NCBI GenBank assembly: GCA_964544145.1
Contig: CAZJAT010000003.1
Span: 7,804-71,803 of the forward strand
Direction: 5' to 3'
Length of the DNA: 64,000 nt
Source: an uncultured Bacteroidales bacterium
GTDB lineage: Bacteria > Hydrothermota > 32-111
Part shown: positions 40,445 through 49,610 of the stretch, in pieces
Position numbering within the stretch: the stretch's first letter is position 1
Layout of the letters: each line of letters starts with the position of its first letter
Translations under genes and position numbers: made by a program
The notes under the pieces: model-generated
Seen by the model: only the letters and a program-made list of their open reading frames with translations
The model's database searches: none
What the model was told of the DNA's origin: nothing

Positions 40445-41377
40445 AGGGCCGTATGTCTATTTTTGTAACCTTTTTATAATAGAATTAACTGTTTTTCTTG
40501 AAAGTTTCAAAGTAAAAGCAATTTCTGATTGTTTGAATCCTAAATTATATAAAGAAAATATTAGTATATTTCGTTTATCAATAATTCCCCTATTCCATTT
40601 TTTGTTATAAAGTATACTATCATTGATATTTAGCTGCTTACAGAGTGTATTTATAGATATTTGAATATTCTTAGATTTCGTCCTTCTTCTATTAGGATTT
40701 CTTTGTTTATATCTACTATAATTTCTTTTGTTTATTGTCAAATAATCATCTTCAGTCCCCACATAATATTCTTCTTTATTATAATAACTTTCAATTTCTT
40801 TATTTATCTTATTTTCATCTATAAATCTCGTTATTTTTATTTTTGTTGATTTTTTCCGTTTCATTTTATATATATGTGCGCTTGAGTATGCATATTCATA
40901 TGGATATTTTACAATATGCGTTCTTATGGGATTGTCATGTATATAAGCTATAACCGAATTGTAGTAAAACTCTCCTAGGATAATAAATGATTTATATCTT
41001 CCCTGAAACACATGTCCACAAAGTGAATATTTCTCATTAAAATACATTGCATATATCGTATTTATTCTGTGCATGAATCCTGATATATCGAGCGTTTTCC
41101 TTCTAATTAGAAGGTGTACATGATTTCTCATTAAACAATATGCGATTACCTCAACATCATATTGAGTTAAAGCATAATTAGCAATTTCGCAATATTTATC
41201 CATATCATATTTGGAAAAGAATATTGGATTTTTTCTCTGTCCTCTTGAAATTATATGATAAACTGAACCTTCTATTTCCAGTCTCGTATCTCTCGCCATA
41301 TAAACCCCCTTTTGTTATATTTTACTTATTTTTTGACAAAATGCAATAAAAGGTTACAAAAATAGACATACGGCCCT
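40445..41377. mobile_element. RAYT/IS200-family Y1 transposase element bounded by perfect 30-bp terminal inverted repeats
   Basis: 40445-40474 reads AGGGCCGTATGTCTATTTTTGTAACCTTTT and its exact reverse complement lies at 41348-41377. The enclosed single gene encodes an HUH Y1 transposase-like protein. Flanking sequence is TATA-rich on both sides, which may be a target duplication. Confidence 0.7.
40457..41299 (-). CDS. REP-associated tyrosine transposase-like (Y1 HUH, IS200/IS605 Transposase_17 family) with C-terminal HTH extension
   Basis: 280 aa. The N-terminus matches RAYT signatures in order: 'YHIISRGQRKNPIF', 'AYCLMRNHVHLLI' (HUH), 'GHVFQGRYKS' and 'YIHDNPIR' (catalytic Tyr region). The extra ~110-aa basic C-terminus ends in the HTH 'FKQSEIAFTLKLSRKTVNSIIKRL'. 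The stop codon lies inside the left inverted repeat. Confidence 0.75.
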   Translation of the reverse strand: MARDTRLEIEGSVYHIISRGQRKNPIFFSKYDMDKYCEIANYALTQYDVEVIAYCLMRNHVHLLIRRKTLDISGFMHRINTIYAMYFNEKYSLCGHVFQGRYKSFIILGEFYYNSVIAYIHDNPIRTHIVKYPYEYAYSSAHIYKMKRKKSTKIKITRFIDENKINKEIESYYNKEEYYVGTEDDYLTINKRNYSRYKQRNPNRRRTKSKNIQISINTLCKQLNINDSILYNKKWNRGIIDKRNILIFSLYNLGFKQSEIAFTLKLSRKTVNSIIKRLQK

Positions 41378-41518
41378 ATATATTGTAACAAAATATGATA
41401 TAATGCGTATTAATAATCAACGACGGAGGCATTAATCAGAAACGATAAGGAAATTGTACAGGACATTCTTGATGGTAATAAGGGTTCATTTTCATTACTT
41501 ATTGACCGCTATGAGCAT

Positions 41519-41986
41519 TTGTTGAACAGCATCATATATCAGATGGTCGGGAATGTGGACACAACAGAGGATCTTACACAGGAAGCATTTATCAAATGCT
41601 TCAAGAAACTGAACTCATATAATTGCAAATACTCATTCAAATACTGGCTTATTTCTATTGCGAGAAACAATGCAATTGACTATTTGAGAAAACAGAAGTC
41701 AGTTATTGATATTGACAGTGTGAACCCATCCCTTCTGTCATATGAGGATAAAGATAAAGCATTACAGAATGAAACATCCTCTATGATTAATGAGGCAATG
41801 AGTAAACTCAGCGAAGAGGATAGGACAATTTTATTTTTAAAATATCATGAACAGTACAAAAATCCGGAGATTTGTAAAATTATGGATATGGATGATAAAA
41901 ATATCCGCATAAAACTTTACAGGGCAAAAAGTAAATTAAGGGATATAATGAATTCAATGGATTATTTTGCCAAACAAGAGGTGTGA
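41519..41986 (+). CDS. ECF-type RNA polymerase sigma-70 factor (N-terminus probably begins upstream at a non-canonical start)
   Basis: Region 2 'YQMVGNVDTTEDLTQEAFIKCFKKL' and region 4 'EDRTILFLKYHEQYKNPEICKIMDMDDKNIRIKLYRAKSKLR' are present. The in-frame upstream sequence 'ALIRNDKEIVQDILDGNKGSFSLLIDRYEHLL' aligns to region 2.1 of ECF sigmas but contains no ATG/GTG/TTG. A GGAGG at 41425-41429 precedes an ATC at 41435. Confidence 0.7.
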   Translation: MLNSIIYQMVGNVDTTEDLTQEAFIKCFKKLNSYNCKYSFKYWLISIARNNAIDYLRKQKSVIDIDSVNPSLLSYEDKDKALQNETSSMINEAMSKLSEEDRTILFLKYHEQYKNPEICKIMDMDDKNIRIKLYRAKSKLRDIMNSMDYFAKQEV

Positions 41987-42498
41987 TTATGGAAAAAAAA
42001 TGGGAATTGCTTGAAAAATATTTTGATAATGAATTGAGTGAGAAAGAACAGAAGAAGCTCAATCAGTTGATGCAGAATGATGAAGAATTATATAATGAAT
42101 TCATTCAAATGCAGACCATTCACGATGATATCAAGACAATTGTACTTCCAATATTTAATAGTAAGAAAAAAGATATCTTGAATATTGTAGATTATATTCA
42201 ACCTGATAAGAAAAGGAAATTTTTATATGCATTACCAGTTTTATTTAGTTATTCTATTATTACCACACTCTTTATAATAGCTAAATTTAAAGATATAATA
42301 TTTTCATTCACATGGAATAATGCAAAGGGAATAATTGTCACCATAATGGAAATCATGTCAAAAATTTCAATCATATTTGCTGAATTGGATTTTCATACAA
42401 TGTTAATCATGTGTATGATACCTATTATGTCTGTAATTATTACTTTTAGTTCAGGTTATTTCATAAAAAAGGAAATTAATAAAGGAGGAAACAGATGA
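41983..42498 (+). CDS. putative anti-sigma factor (membrane-anchored)
   Basis: 171 aa with an N-terminal cytoplasmic helical domain (MIMEKKWELLEKYFDNELSEKEQKKL...), a TM segment and a short C-terminus. Its start overlaps the sigma stop (ATGA). Confidence 0.5.
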   Translation: MIMEKKWELLEKYFDNELSEKEQKKLNQLMQNDEELYNEFIQMQTIHDDIKTIVLPIFNSKKKDILNIVDYIQPDKKRKFLYALPVLFSYSIITTLFIIAKFKDIIFSFTWNNAKGIIVTIMEIMSKISIIFAELDFHTMLIMCMIPIMSVIITFSSGYFIKKEINKGGNR

Positions 42499-43496
42499 AA
42501 AAATATTTTATTCTGTTAATAAGCATTTTACTAATTCTTGCTTTCAGCATGGTTATCTCTGCTGATGAAATGACATTAGATGAAAGTACCGGTGACTCAG
42601 AGGATTTTTCTTTAAGCATTGACTTAGGCAGTGACTCTATCTATTCTGATGATCTTGTTTCAGTTGGAGGAAACTTAGATGTGAAAGGCACAGTTGATGG
42701 TGATGTAATAGGTATTGGCGCTCTTGTTTATATAAATGGTCATATAACAGGCGACCTTGTTTTAATTGGTTCCAGCGGAGAGATTGATTCAAATACAGTC
42801 GTTGACGGTGAATTCATAACATTAGGTTCATTTATTGATATGGATGAGAATGTTGAATTGAGCGGTCCGGTAACTCATGTCAATCTCGGTCCATTCCAGA
42901 AATTTTTTGGTTTAAAATACAAACCTTCAGCAATTCAAAAGAGTTACGCTGCAGGATCACTTATCAGTTCAATTGCAAAGTTTATTGCAATCTTTCTTCT
43001 CGGCTCTCTGGTACTGCTTTTATTTAAGAAATTCAAGAGAATTGAGGAAACTATAGTTCTTAATCCCCTTAGAGCATTTCTAATAGGATTACTTGCAGAG
43101 ATTCTTATAATACCTGCTATATTAGTTCTGACAATAAGTATAATAGGAATTCCATTCATCCCTGTTTTTATATTAATTATTTTTATCGGAGTTTTTATTG
43201 GCTCTGTTATATTAATACATATGTTAGGATCTTTCATATTCAATGAATTTAAAAAGAATGGTCTTCACTTCACAATGAATCTTCTCCTAGGTTTACTTAT
43301 TTTGTCCCTATTCCCGCTGCTCAGCAAAATAGGCATGTGGTTCAGCATAGATTGGCTTAGCAATTTATTTGGAATCATTTCCTTTATACAATGGTATATC
43401 ATAATAACATATGCTTTTGGTGTTATGGTACTAACTCGATTTGGAACGCGGATATATAATCCGAGATTGCAAATTACATCTGATTCTTCTGATTAA
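42495..43496 (+). CDS. membrane protein with N-terminal extracytoplasmic beta-helical repeat domain (DUF4097/bactofilin-like) and C-terminal multi-TM region
   Basis: 333 aa with a signal peptide and repeated 'G.v.GDv.liGs.GeI' beta-strand motifs, followed by 4-5 TM helices. It is third in the sigma/anti-sigma operon, with a GGAGG Shine-Dalgarno site. Confidence 0.45.
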   Translation: MKKYFILLISILLILAFSMVISADEMTLDESTGDSEDFSLSIDLGSDSIYSDDLVSVGGNLDVKGTVDGDVIGIGALVYINGHITGDLVLIGSSGEIDSNTVVDGEFITLGSFIDMDENVELSGPVTHVNLGPFQKFFGLKYKPSAIQKSYAAGSLISSIAKFIAIFLLGSLVLLLFKKFKRIEETIVLNPLRAFLIGLLAEILIIPAILVLTISIIGIPFIPVFILIIFIGVFIGSVILIHMLGSFIFNEFKKNGLHFTMNLLLGLLILSLFPLLSKIGMWFSIDWLSNLFGIISFIQWYIIITYAFGVMVLTRFGTRIYNPRLQITSDSSD

Positions 43497-43497
43497 A

Positions 43498-43522
43498 GAA
43501 CCGCGAAAGCGGTTCTTTTTTT
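43498..43522 (+). terminator. rho-independent terminator
   Basis: GAACCGC-GAAA-GCGGTTC followed by TTTTTTT, immediately after the stop codon. Confidence 0.65.
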
Positions 43523-43707
43523 GACATAATATACTTCTCATTTTTTTAAAAAAAAGAATAAATGCTATTGCATAATTTATTTATTTGAGTAAAATAAAAT
43601 TATGATTGAGGGACACAGATTGTATCTGACCTTAAACCCAAACCCAAACAGATTTTACACCGTATATGATGATTCACTTTTTTTATTTAATTCTCTAAGG
43701 AGGTCTT

Positions 43708-44154
43708 ATGCCTAAGAAGACTGTTAAGAAAACAGCAGCGAAAAAGCCTGTTAAGAAAACAGCAGCCAAGAAACCGGTCAAGAAGACAGTAAAGAAAGCA
43801 ACTGCCAAAAAAGTCACAAAGAAACCCGCAGTGAAAAAAACAACAAAAAAGAAAGTTGCTAAGAAACCCGCAGTGAAAAAGACAGCCAAAAAGACAACAG
43901 CGAAGAAAGTAGTTAAGAAGACTGCAGTGAAAAAAGCAACAAAAAAGAAAGTTGTGAAAAAAGCAGTGAAAAAAGTTGCTAAGAAAAAAGCTGTGAAAAA
44001 ACCAGCAGTGAAAAAAACTGCAAAGAAGAAAGTTGTGAAAAAAGCAGTGAAAAAAGTTGCTAAGAAAAAAGCTGTGAAAAAACCAGTGAAAAAAGTAGCT
44101 AAGAAAAAAGTCGTGAAAAAAGCTGCAGTGAAAAAAACTGCTAAAAAGAAGTAG
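43708..44154 (+). CDS. histone H1-like Lys/Ala-rich DNA-binding protein
   Basis: 148 aa, about 45% Lys, built from K-K-x-(V/A/T)-(K/A)-K-K repeats (PKKTVKKTAAKKPVKK...). A strong Shine-Dalgarno site TAAGGAGG precedes it and a terminator follows. Confidence 0.7.
   Translation: MPKKTVKKTAAKKPVKKTAAKKPVKKTVKKATAKKVTKKPAVKKTTKKKVAKKPAVKKTAKKTTAKKVVKKTAVKKATKKKVVKKAVKKVAKKKAVKKPAVKKTAKKKVVKKAVKKVAKKKAVKKPVKKVAKKKVVKKAAVKKTAKKK
43948..44151. repeat. internal tandem duplication (~81-bp unit) within the histone-H1-like gene
   Basis: Unit 43948-44028 is repeated from 44029. The first 57 nt are identical, then the copy diverges with a short insertion. Shorter repeats (GTTAAGAAAACAGCAGC x2, AAGAAACCCGCAGTGAAAAA x2) occur earlier in the gene. 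Confidence 0.6.
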
Positions 44155-44164
44155 CAGATTTATA

Positions 44165-44193
44165 AAAACCGGAGTTTTAACTCCGGTTTTTTG
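44165..44193. terminator. bidirectional rho-independent terminator
   Basis: AAAAA-CCGGAGTT-TTAA-CTCCGG-TTTTTT with A/T tracts on both sides. It lies between the convergent histone-like gene and the peptidase gene. Confidence 0.65.
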
Positions 44194-44197
44194 TTTC

Positions 44198-46300
44198 CTA
44201 TTTATCCATATTAAACATTTTTAAAATAAAAGAATACTCAAATGCAATTTCCCTGTAAAAATCATACCTGCCGGAAGCACCACCATGTCCTGCAGTATTC
44301 ATTTTAAGCATTAATTCAGAGGAACCAGTATTCATTACTCTCAATTTCGCTATCCATTTAAGAGGTTCCCAGAAAGCGACTCTAGCATCATTAAGACCGG
44401 CTGTTATAAGTGTATTCGGATAAGACTGCTTAATAATATTATCATAGGGTGAATAAGAAAGCATATATTCAAAATATTCAGGTTGTGAAGGATTTCCCCA
44501 CTCTTCATATTCCGCTGTAGTAAGGGGAATTGTTTCATCTAACATTGTATTCATTAAATCAATAAACGGAACCCCCGCAATTACTGCTTTAAAAAGGTCG
44601 GGTCTCATATTGATTACTGCACCGATAAGCAAGCCGCCTGCTGAACCTCCGGTTCCTATCATTTTTGCAGAAGATGTATAATTTTTATTCACTAAAAAAT
44701 CAGCACAGTCGATAAAATCATAAAAAGTGTTTTTCTTATTAAGCATTTTCCCATCTTCATACCATCTCCTCCCATTTTCACCTCCACCTCTGATGTGAGC
44801 AATAGCATAAACTATACCTCGGTCAAGCAGAGAGAGACGTACGGATGAGAAATACGGATCTGAACTCATTCCATATGCGCCATATCCATTAAGAACAAGA
44901 GGTGTTTTCTCGCTGAATTTCAGTCCCTTTCTATAAACCATAGAAATCGGTATCAATGTACCATCACGTCCAATTGCATTTACTACTTTTGTCTCATATT
45001 TATCCTTATCATATTCACATTCAAGTTTATATTCTTTGAGTATAGTCAATTGTCTCTCTTTCATATTATACTCGTAAACAGTTGCCGGTGTAATAAATGA
45101 TGAGTAAGAAAGCCTGAATCGTTCTGTTTCAAATTCAGGATTTTTTTCATACCAAATTGAAAAACTTCTTTCCGGAAATTCAATATAATGCGAATTTCCT
45201 GTATGTAAATCAAATATTTCAATTGCTTGATTACCTGATTTACGTTCATTAAGTACAATGAAATCCTTAAACATATCCATACTGTTTATAGTTACACCAT
45301 CTCTTTCGATAATAAAATCCTCAATTTCATTCTTTCCTTCATCAATTTTCATTCTTTGGACCTTAAAATTATATGCCTCAAAATTCGTTAGAATATAAAA
45401 ATAACCATTATTATGTGACACATAATACTCAACATTCTGTTTCTTTGGGAATAAGACCGTAAACGTATCATTAACAGAATTGCACTCAAGGAATAACATA
45501 TATGATGTGGTTTTGCTTGATGATCCTGCAAATATATACTTGTTGTCTCTTGACTTATCTATCCAAACCCAGTATTTCTCATCATCATCACGGAACATCT
45601 CAATATCTTCTTCAATATTCCTTCCGACAACATGTTTCATAACCCTGAAAGGTCTTTTTGTAGTATTCTCTACAGTATAAATAATTGTCTTATTATCATC
45701 AGCCCATTCTGCCTGTGATATGTTATTCAAATTTTCCGGACAAATATTATTTAGTTCAATGTCTTTAACATTTAGAGTGTAACTCTCATTACCAGAAGTA
45801 TCTACCAGAAAAAGCAGGAAATTTTCATCAGGAGATATTCTTATATTGGCAATATTATAATACGAATACCCTTGAGCCATTTTATTGATATCCAACACCA
45901 CAATTTCTTCATTACTGTCAATGAGTTTTCTGCAGTAAACAGAATACTGTTCTCCTTCAATTGATTTACTGTAATACTGGTAATTGCCAATTACATAAGG
46001 AACTGACATATCATTTTCTCTGATCCTTCCAATCATCTCATTATATAGAGAATCTTCATCATCCCTAACATCTCTCAATTTCTCGTCAGTGTACGCATTT
46101 TCTGCTTCAATATACTGAAGTACATAGTCATCCAGATTTCGCATATATGCATAATCATCAATTAACACATTATCCATTAGAACAGTTTCCGTATGGATTT
46201 TTTTAGCACTTGGAGGTGTTATTATATGAGCATCTGCAGTCTGCTTGGCGCATCCTCCTGTAAAAATAATCACGATCAGTAGGATAAAATATTTTTTCAT
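44198..46300 (-). CDS. S9-family prolyl oligopeptidase / oligopeptidase B-like serine peptidase (lipoprotein)
   Basis: 700 aa with lipobox 'FTGGCAK', a beta-propeller N-domain and an alpha/beta hydrolase C-domain. It carries 'GGSAGGLLIGAV' (nucleophile Ser) and the Asp/His region. Confidence 0.85.
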   Translation of the reverse strand: MKKYFILLIVIIFTGGCAKQTADAHIITPPSAKKIHTETVLMDNVLIDDYAYMRNLDDYVLQYIEAENAYTDEKLRDVRDDEDSLYNEMIGRIRENDMSVPYVIGNYQYYSKSIEGEQYSVYCRKLIDSNEEIVVLDINKMAQGYSYYNIANIRISPDENFLLFLVDTSGNESYTLNVKDIELNNICPENLNNISQAEWADDNKTIIYTVENTTKRPFRVMKHVVGRNIEEDIEMFRDDDEKYWVWIDKSRDNKYIFAGSSSKTTSYMLFLECNSVNDTFTVLFPKKQNVEYYVSHNNGYFYILTNFEAYNFKVQRMKIDEGKNEIEDFIIERDGVTINSMDMFKDFIVLNERKSGNQAIEIFDLHTGNSHYIEFPERSFSIWYEKNPEFETERFRLSYSSFITPATVYEYNMKERQLTILKEYKLECEYDKDKYETKVVNAIGRDGTLIPISMVYRKGLKFSEKTPLVLNGYGAYGMSSDPYFSSVRLSLLDRGIVYAIAHIRGGGENGRRWYEDGKMLNKKNTFYDFIDCADFLVNKNYTSSAKMIGTGGSAGGLLIGAVINMRPDLFKAVIAGVPFIDLMNTMLDETIPLTTAEYEEWGNPSQPEYFEYMLSYSPYDNIIKQSYPNTLITAGLNDARVAFWEPLKWIAKLRVMNTGSSELMLKMNTAGHGGASGRYDFYREIAFEYSFILKMFNMDK

Positions 46301-46328
46301 TTTTATCTCCTTGGAACTTATCGGTTCC

Positions 46329-47735
46329 TTATATAACTGCTTGTTTAATTTTAATATTGTTTAATGCAGATTTTTTCCATGTTCCTGTTCTATACCAAAT
46401 ATATGCAATAACTGTTATAACAAAATTGCTTATAAACATACTCCAAAAAATACCATCATGTCCCATATTAAGAACTTGGACAAATAAATAGGCAAATGGT
46501 ATACGGAACAACCATAAACGGGATATCTGCAATACAAAAACAGGAATAGTATGACCTGCACCCTGGAAAGCACCATTAAAGATAATCATTATGGAAAAGA
46601 AGAGAACCGAGTATGATGTTATTCGGAACATACTTGCACCAATATTTATAACTTCAGGATCATTAATAAAAAATTTAACAACATATTGGCCCAAAAAGAA
46701 GAGTAGTGTTGTTAGAATAAATAGAAGGACTGTATTCATTAATACAGCTGTCCATACACTCTTTTCCGCCCTTTTAAGATTCCCTGCACCAATATTTTGA
46801 GCTACCATAATACTATTTCCATTTGCTAGTCCCATAGCAGGCATTGTTAACAATGAAATTATCCTGTTACCAATCCCAAATGCAGAAACAACTCCAGACC
46901 CCAAAGTATTAACAAGCCCCATTAGCAGTGTAAATCCAAGTGCAGTCCCGGCTTGTGAGAATGAAACAGGTAATCCAATTTTTAATATACCCTTAACAAT
47001 ACGACCTTGTAATTTTAAATCGGGTAATCTTATCCTTATGCCGTATTTCCCTGTGAACAGAAAATACATGCCTATTAGTGAAGCTATGAATTGACTGATA
47101 ACTGTAGCAATTCCAGCACCCATAACTTCCATACGAGGGATTGGACCAATACCAAAGATAAGTATCGGATCAAGAATAACATTCAGGATAACTGTTAAAG
47201 CATTTACTTTCATGGGAATAACAGTATTGCCATACCCCTGCATTATACCTTGAAAAATGAAATAGCCAAAAACAAAAGGCATACCGGCAAAAGTTATCCG
47301 CATATATTGTAGAGTATATGTAAAAGCATCATCCGGAGTCTTCAATAGTATTAATATTCTATCAGCAAAAATAAAACCCGCAAGAGACAGAATAAATGCA
47401 ATAATGAAGATTATTGTGAACGTATTACCTGCAGATTTACTTACCATATCTTCATCACCGGCACCCTTGAATTGACCGATCATCGTTGTGCCACCCATTG
47501 CTAACCCACTGGCAAGTGCGAGAACTGTAAAAATAACATTAAAGGTTATTGTAGGTGCAGCTAATGCTGTTTTACCCACTTTCCCCAACCAGAAAGCATC
47601 TGTTATATTATACAATGTATGAAATAGGTTTGATATAATTATGGGAACTGACAATAAAAGAAGTGCTTTCCAAATCCTTCCCTTCAGAATATCCGGTTGT
47701 GCATTGATCATAGAATTAAATTTGGCAATCATCAA
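46329..47735 (-). CDS. MATE-family efflux transporter
   Basis: 468 aa with 12 TM helices and an N-terminal 'LLLSVPIIISNLFHTLYNITDAFWLGKVGKTALAA' MATE signature. Confidence 0.85.
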   Translation of the reverse strand: MMIAKFNSMINAQPDILKGRIWKALLLLSVPIIISNLFHTLYNITDAFWLGKVGKTALAAPTITFNVIFTVLALASGLAMGGTTMIGQFKGAGDEDMVSKSAGNTFTIIFIIAFILSLAGFIFADRILILLKTPDDAFTYTLQYMRITFAGMPFVFGYFIFQGIMQGYGNTVIPMKVNALTVILNVILDPILIFGIGPIPRMEVMGAGIATVISQFIASLIGMYFLFTGKYGIRIRLPDLKLQGRIVKGILKIGLPVSFSQAGTALGFTLLMGLVNTLGSGVVSAFGIGNRIISLLTMPAMGLANGNSIMVAQNIGAGNLKRAEKSVWTAVLMNTVLLFILTTLLFFLGQYVVKFFINDPEVINIGASMFRITSYSVLFFSIMIIFNGAFQGAGHTIPVFVLQISRLWLFRIPFAYLFVQVLNMGHDGIFWSMFISNFVITVIAYIWYRTGTWKKSALNNIKIKQAVI

Positions 47736-48421
47736 TGCACCACTAATCCCACTATTAATTCAATAATTAAGATAACCAATAATGATGGCATCATATTCAT
47801 AACCCTTATTTTACGTAGATCCAACAAATCAATCCCTAGAGCAATAAGCATCAAACCTCCAAGTGCCGTGATATCAAGGATCATTGCTTGAGATAGAAAA
47901 ACGGAAATATATGAAGAAAAAAAGGTTAATAGTCCCTGATATATAAGGAGAGGTATAATAGAGAATAGAACTCCCAATCCAAGTCCCGATGACAATACAA
48001 TTGCCGTGAATCCATCCATTACTGATTTTGAATAAAATATAGATGGATAATTTCCTGCGCCTTCTTCGAATGCACCAAGAATCGTCATAGACCCCATACA
48101 GAATATAAGAAAAGCAGTTAAGAGACCTGTAGTAAATCTTCTGTCAGCAGTTTTCCCTTTTAATTTAACGGATTCCATCCATTTATACATTCTGTCTTCC
48201 AATCTCAGCATCTCTCCAATAAGGGATCCTATTATGAATGAAATTATGATAATTAGAATATTGCTGCCTGTAATTGCATTTCTTATACCAATATAAATAG
48301 TAAACACACCAATTACTGAAAAAAACGTATTACTGAAACGTTCACTGATTTTGGATTTTATAGATAAACCTATAATGCTGCCAATAGCAACAAGTAATAC
48401 ATTAAGAATTGTCCCATTCAT
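47732..48421 (-). CDS. DUF554-family membrane protein (YqgA-like)
   Basis: 229 aa with an N-terminal 'MNGTILNVLLVAIGSIIG' segment and about 6 TM helices. Its stop overlaps the start of the MATE gene. Confidence 0.55.
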   Translation of the reverse strand: MNGTILNVLLVAIGSIIGLSIKSKISERFSNTFFSVIGVFTIYIGIRNAITGSNILIIIISFIIGSLIGEMLRLEDRMYKWMESVKLKGKTADRRFTTGLLTAFLIFCMGSMTILGAFEEGAGNYPSIFYSKSVMDGFTAIVLSSGLGLGVLFSIIPLLIYQGLLTFFSSYISVFLSQAMILDITALGGLMLIALGIDLLDLRKIRVMNMMPSLLVILIIELIVGLVVH

Positions 48422-48555
48422 AGTATATTAATATATCGTTTATTCAGTAAAGTGCAATACTTATTATTGAAAATAAAATGTTGCAGTAATAAATCAATAT
48501 AATTATCCAATATAATTTCCTTATAAAATCACTATATCCATTAATATGCTCATTA

Positions 48556-49587
48556 TCAGAACCATTTTTTCTTTTTAAAAAAAATCAGCATTCCAGAAAA
48601 AATTGATATCATTAATATCCAGATTGCAGGATATGACCATCTGTAGCTTAATTCCGGCATATAGACAAAGTTCATTCCATAAATACCTGCAACAAATGTC
48701 AATGGAATAAAAATAGTTGCAATAATGGTAAGAACTTTCATAACTGAATTCATTCTATTACTAATCTGTGTAAGGTACAAATCAAGGAGCCCTGACATTA
48801 CATCTCTAAGTGATTCTATTGTCTCGAGCAGATGAAGAGCATTGTCTGTTAGGTCCCTTATGTATAATAATGTTTTATTATCAAATCTTCTGCTTGAATT
48901 CATCTTGAGTATCATATCCCTTGTGGGCCAGAGTATCTTTTTCATTGCAATTAATTGTCTTTTCATATGATAGATACCATCTACAATATTATCTGCTGTA
49001 TCAGTAATTACCATATTTTCAATTTCTTCAGATTTCTCATCAAGATTCTGTACATATCCATAAAATGAATCAATAATAGTATCCAGAAGAATATAAAAAA
49101 GATAATCCGCTTTTACATCCCTCACTACACCAGTACTGTTACGGATCCGATCTTTCACAGCATTAAAATAATCCAGGTTCCCATCTATTAAAACAATAAC
49201 AACATTATCTTTCAGTATAAGTGATACATTCAACATCTCCGATGATATATTATGTGCGTCCCTCATACCATATGCAGATACATAGAGATATTCATTATAC
49301 TCTTCCATTTTAGCTCTCTGATTAACACTCAATATATCTTCTAGTACAAGACGGTGGATATTGAATTCCTTTCCCAATTTCTCAATAACTCCTGTATTAC
49401 AAACATTTTTCACCTCAATATAAAGCGTTTTCCCGCTATCTGCAATTTTAGACAGTTCCGTAATTTTCACATTCTCGTATTCTTTAATAGTATCTTTATC
49501 ATACTCAATGGCAGATATAATAGTAACTCCCTCCTGTGTTCCAGTGTATTCCAATGTACCGGGCGCTGTAAACACCTTTTTCTTCAT
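48556..49587 (-). CDS. corA: magnesium/cobalt transporter CorA
   Basis: The 'YGMNFVYMPE' GMN motif precedes two C-terminal TM helices. The start is taken at the internal MKKKVF; the ORF track extends to 49653. Confidence 0.85.
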   Translation of the reverse strand: MKKKVFTAPGTLEYTGTQEGVTIISAIEYDKDTIKEYENVKITELSKIADSGKTLYIEVKNVCNTGVIEKLGKEFNIHRLVLEDILSVNQRAKMEEYNEYLYVSAYGMRDAHNISSEMLNVSLILKDNVVIVLIDGNLDYFNAVKDRIRNSTGVVRDVKADYLFYILLDTIIDSFYGYVQNLDEKSEEIENMVITDTADNIVDGIYHMKRQLIAMKKILWPTRDMILKMNSSRRFDNKTLLYIRDLTDNALHLLETIESLRDVMSGLLDLYLTQISNRMNSVMKVLTIIATIFIPLTFVAGIYGMNFVYMPELSYRWSYPAIWILMISIFSGMLIFFKKKKWF

Positions 49588-49610
49588 TCCTTTCTTTTTC
49601 AATTTTCCTC

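Noticed and set aside
43695-43889. A 64-aa hydrophobic ORF antisense to the histone-H1-like gene
   Set aside because: It is purely the complement of the AAG/AAA-rich repeats, which gives a TTT/CTT (Phe/Leu) run. It has no independent Shine-Dalgarno site and overlaps a far better-supported gene.
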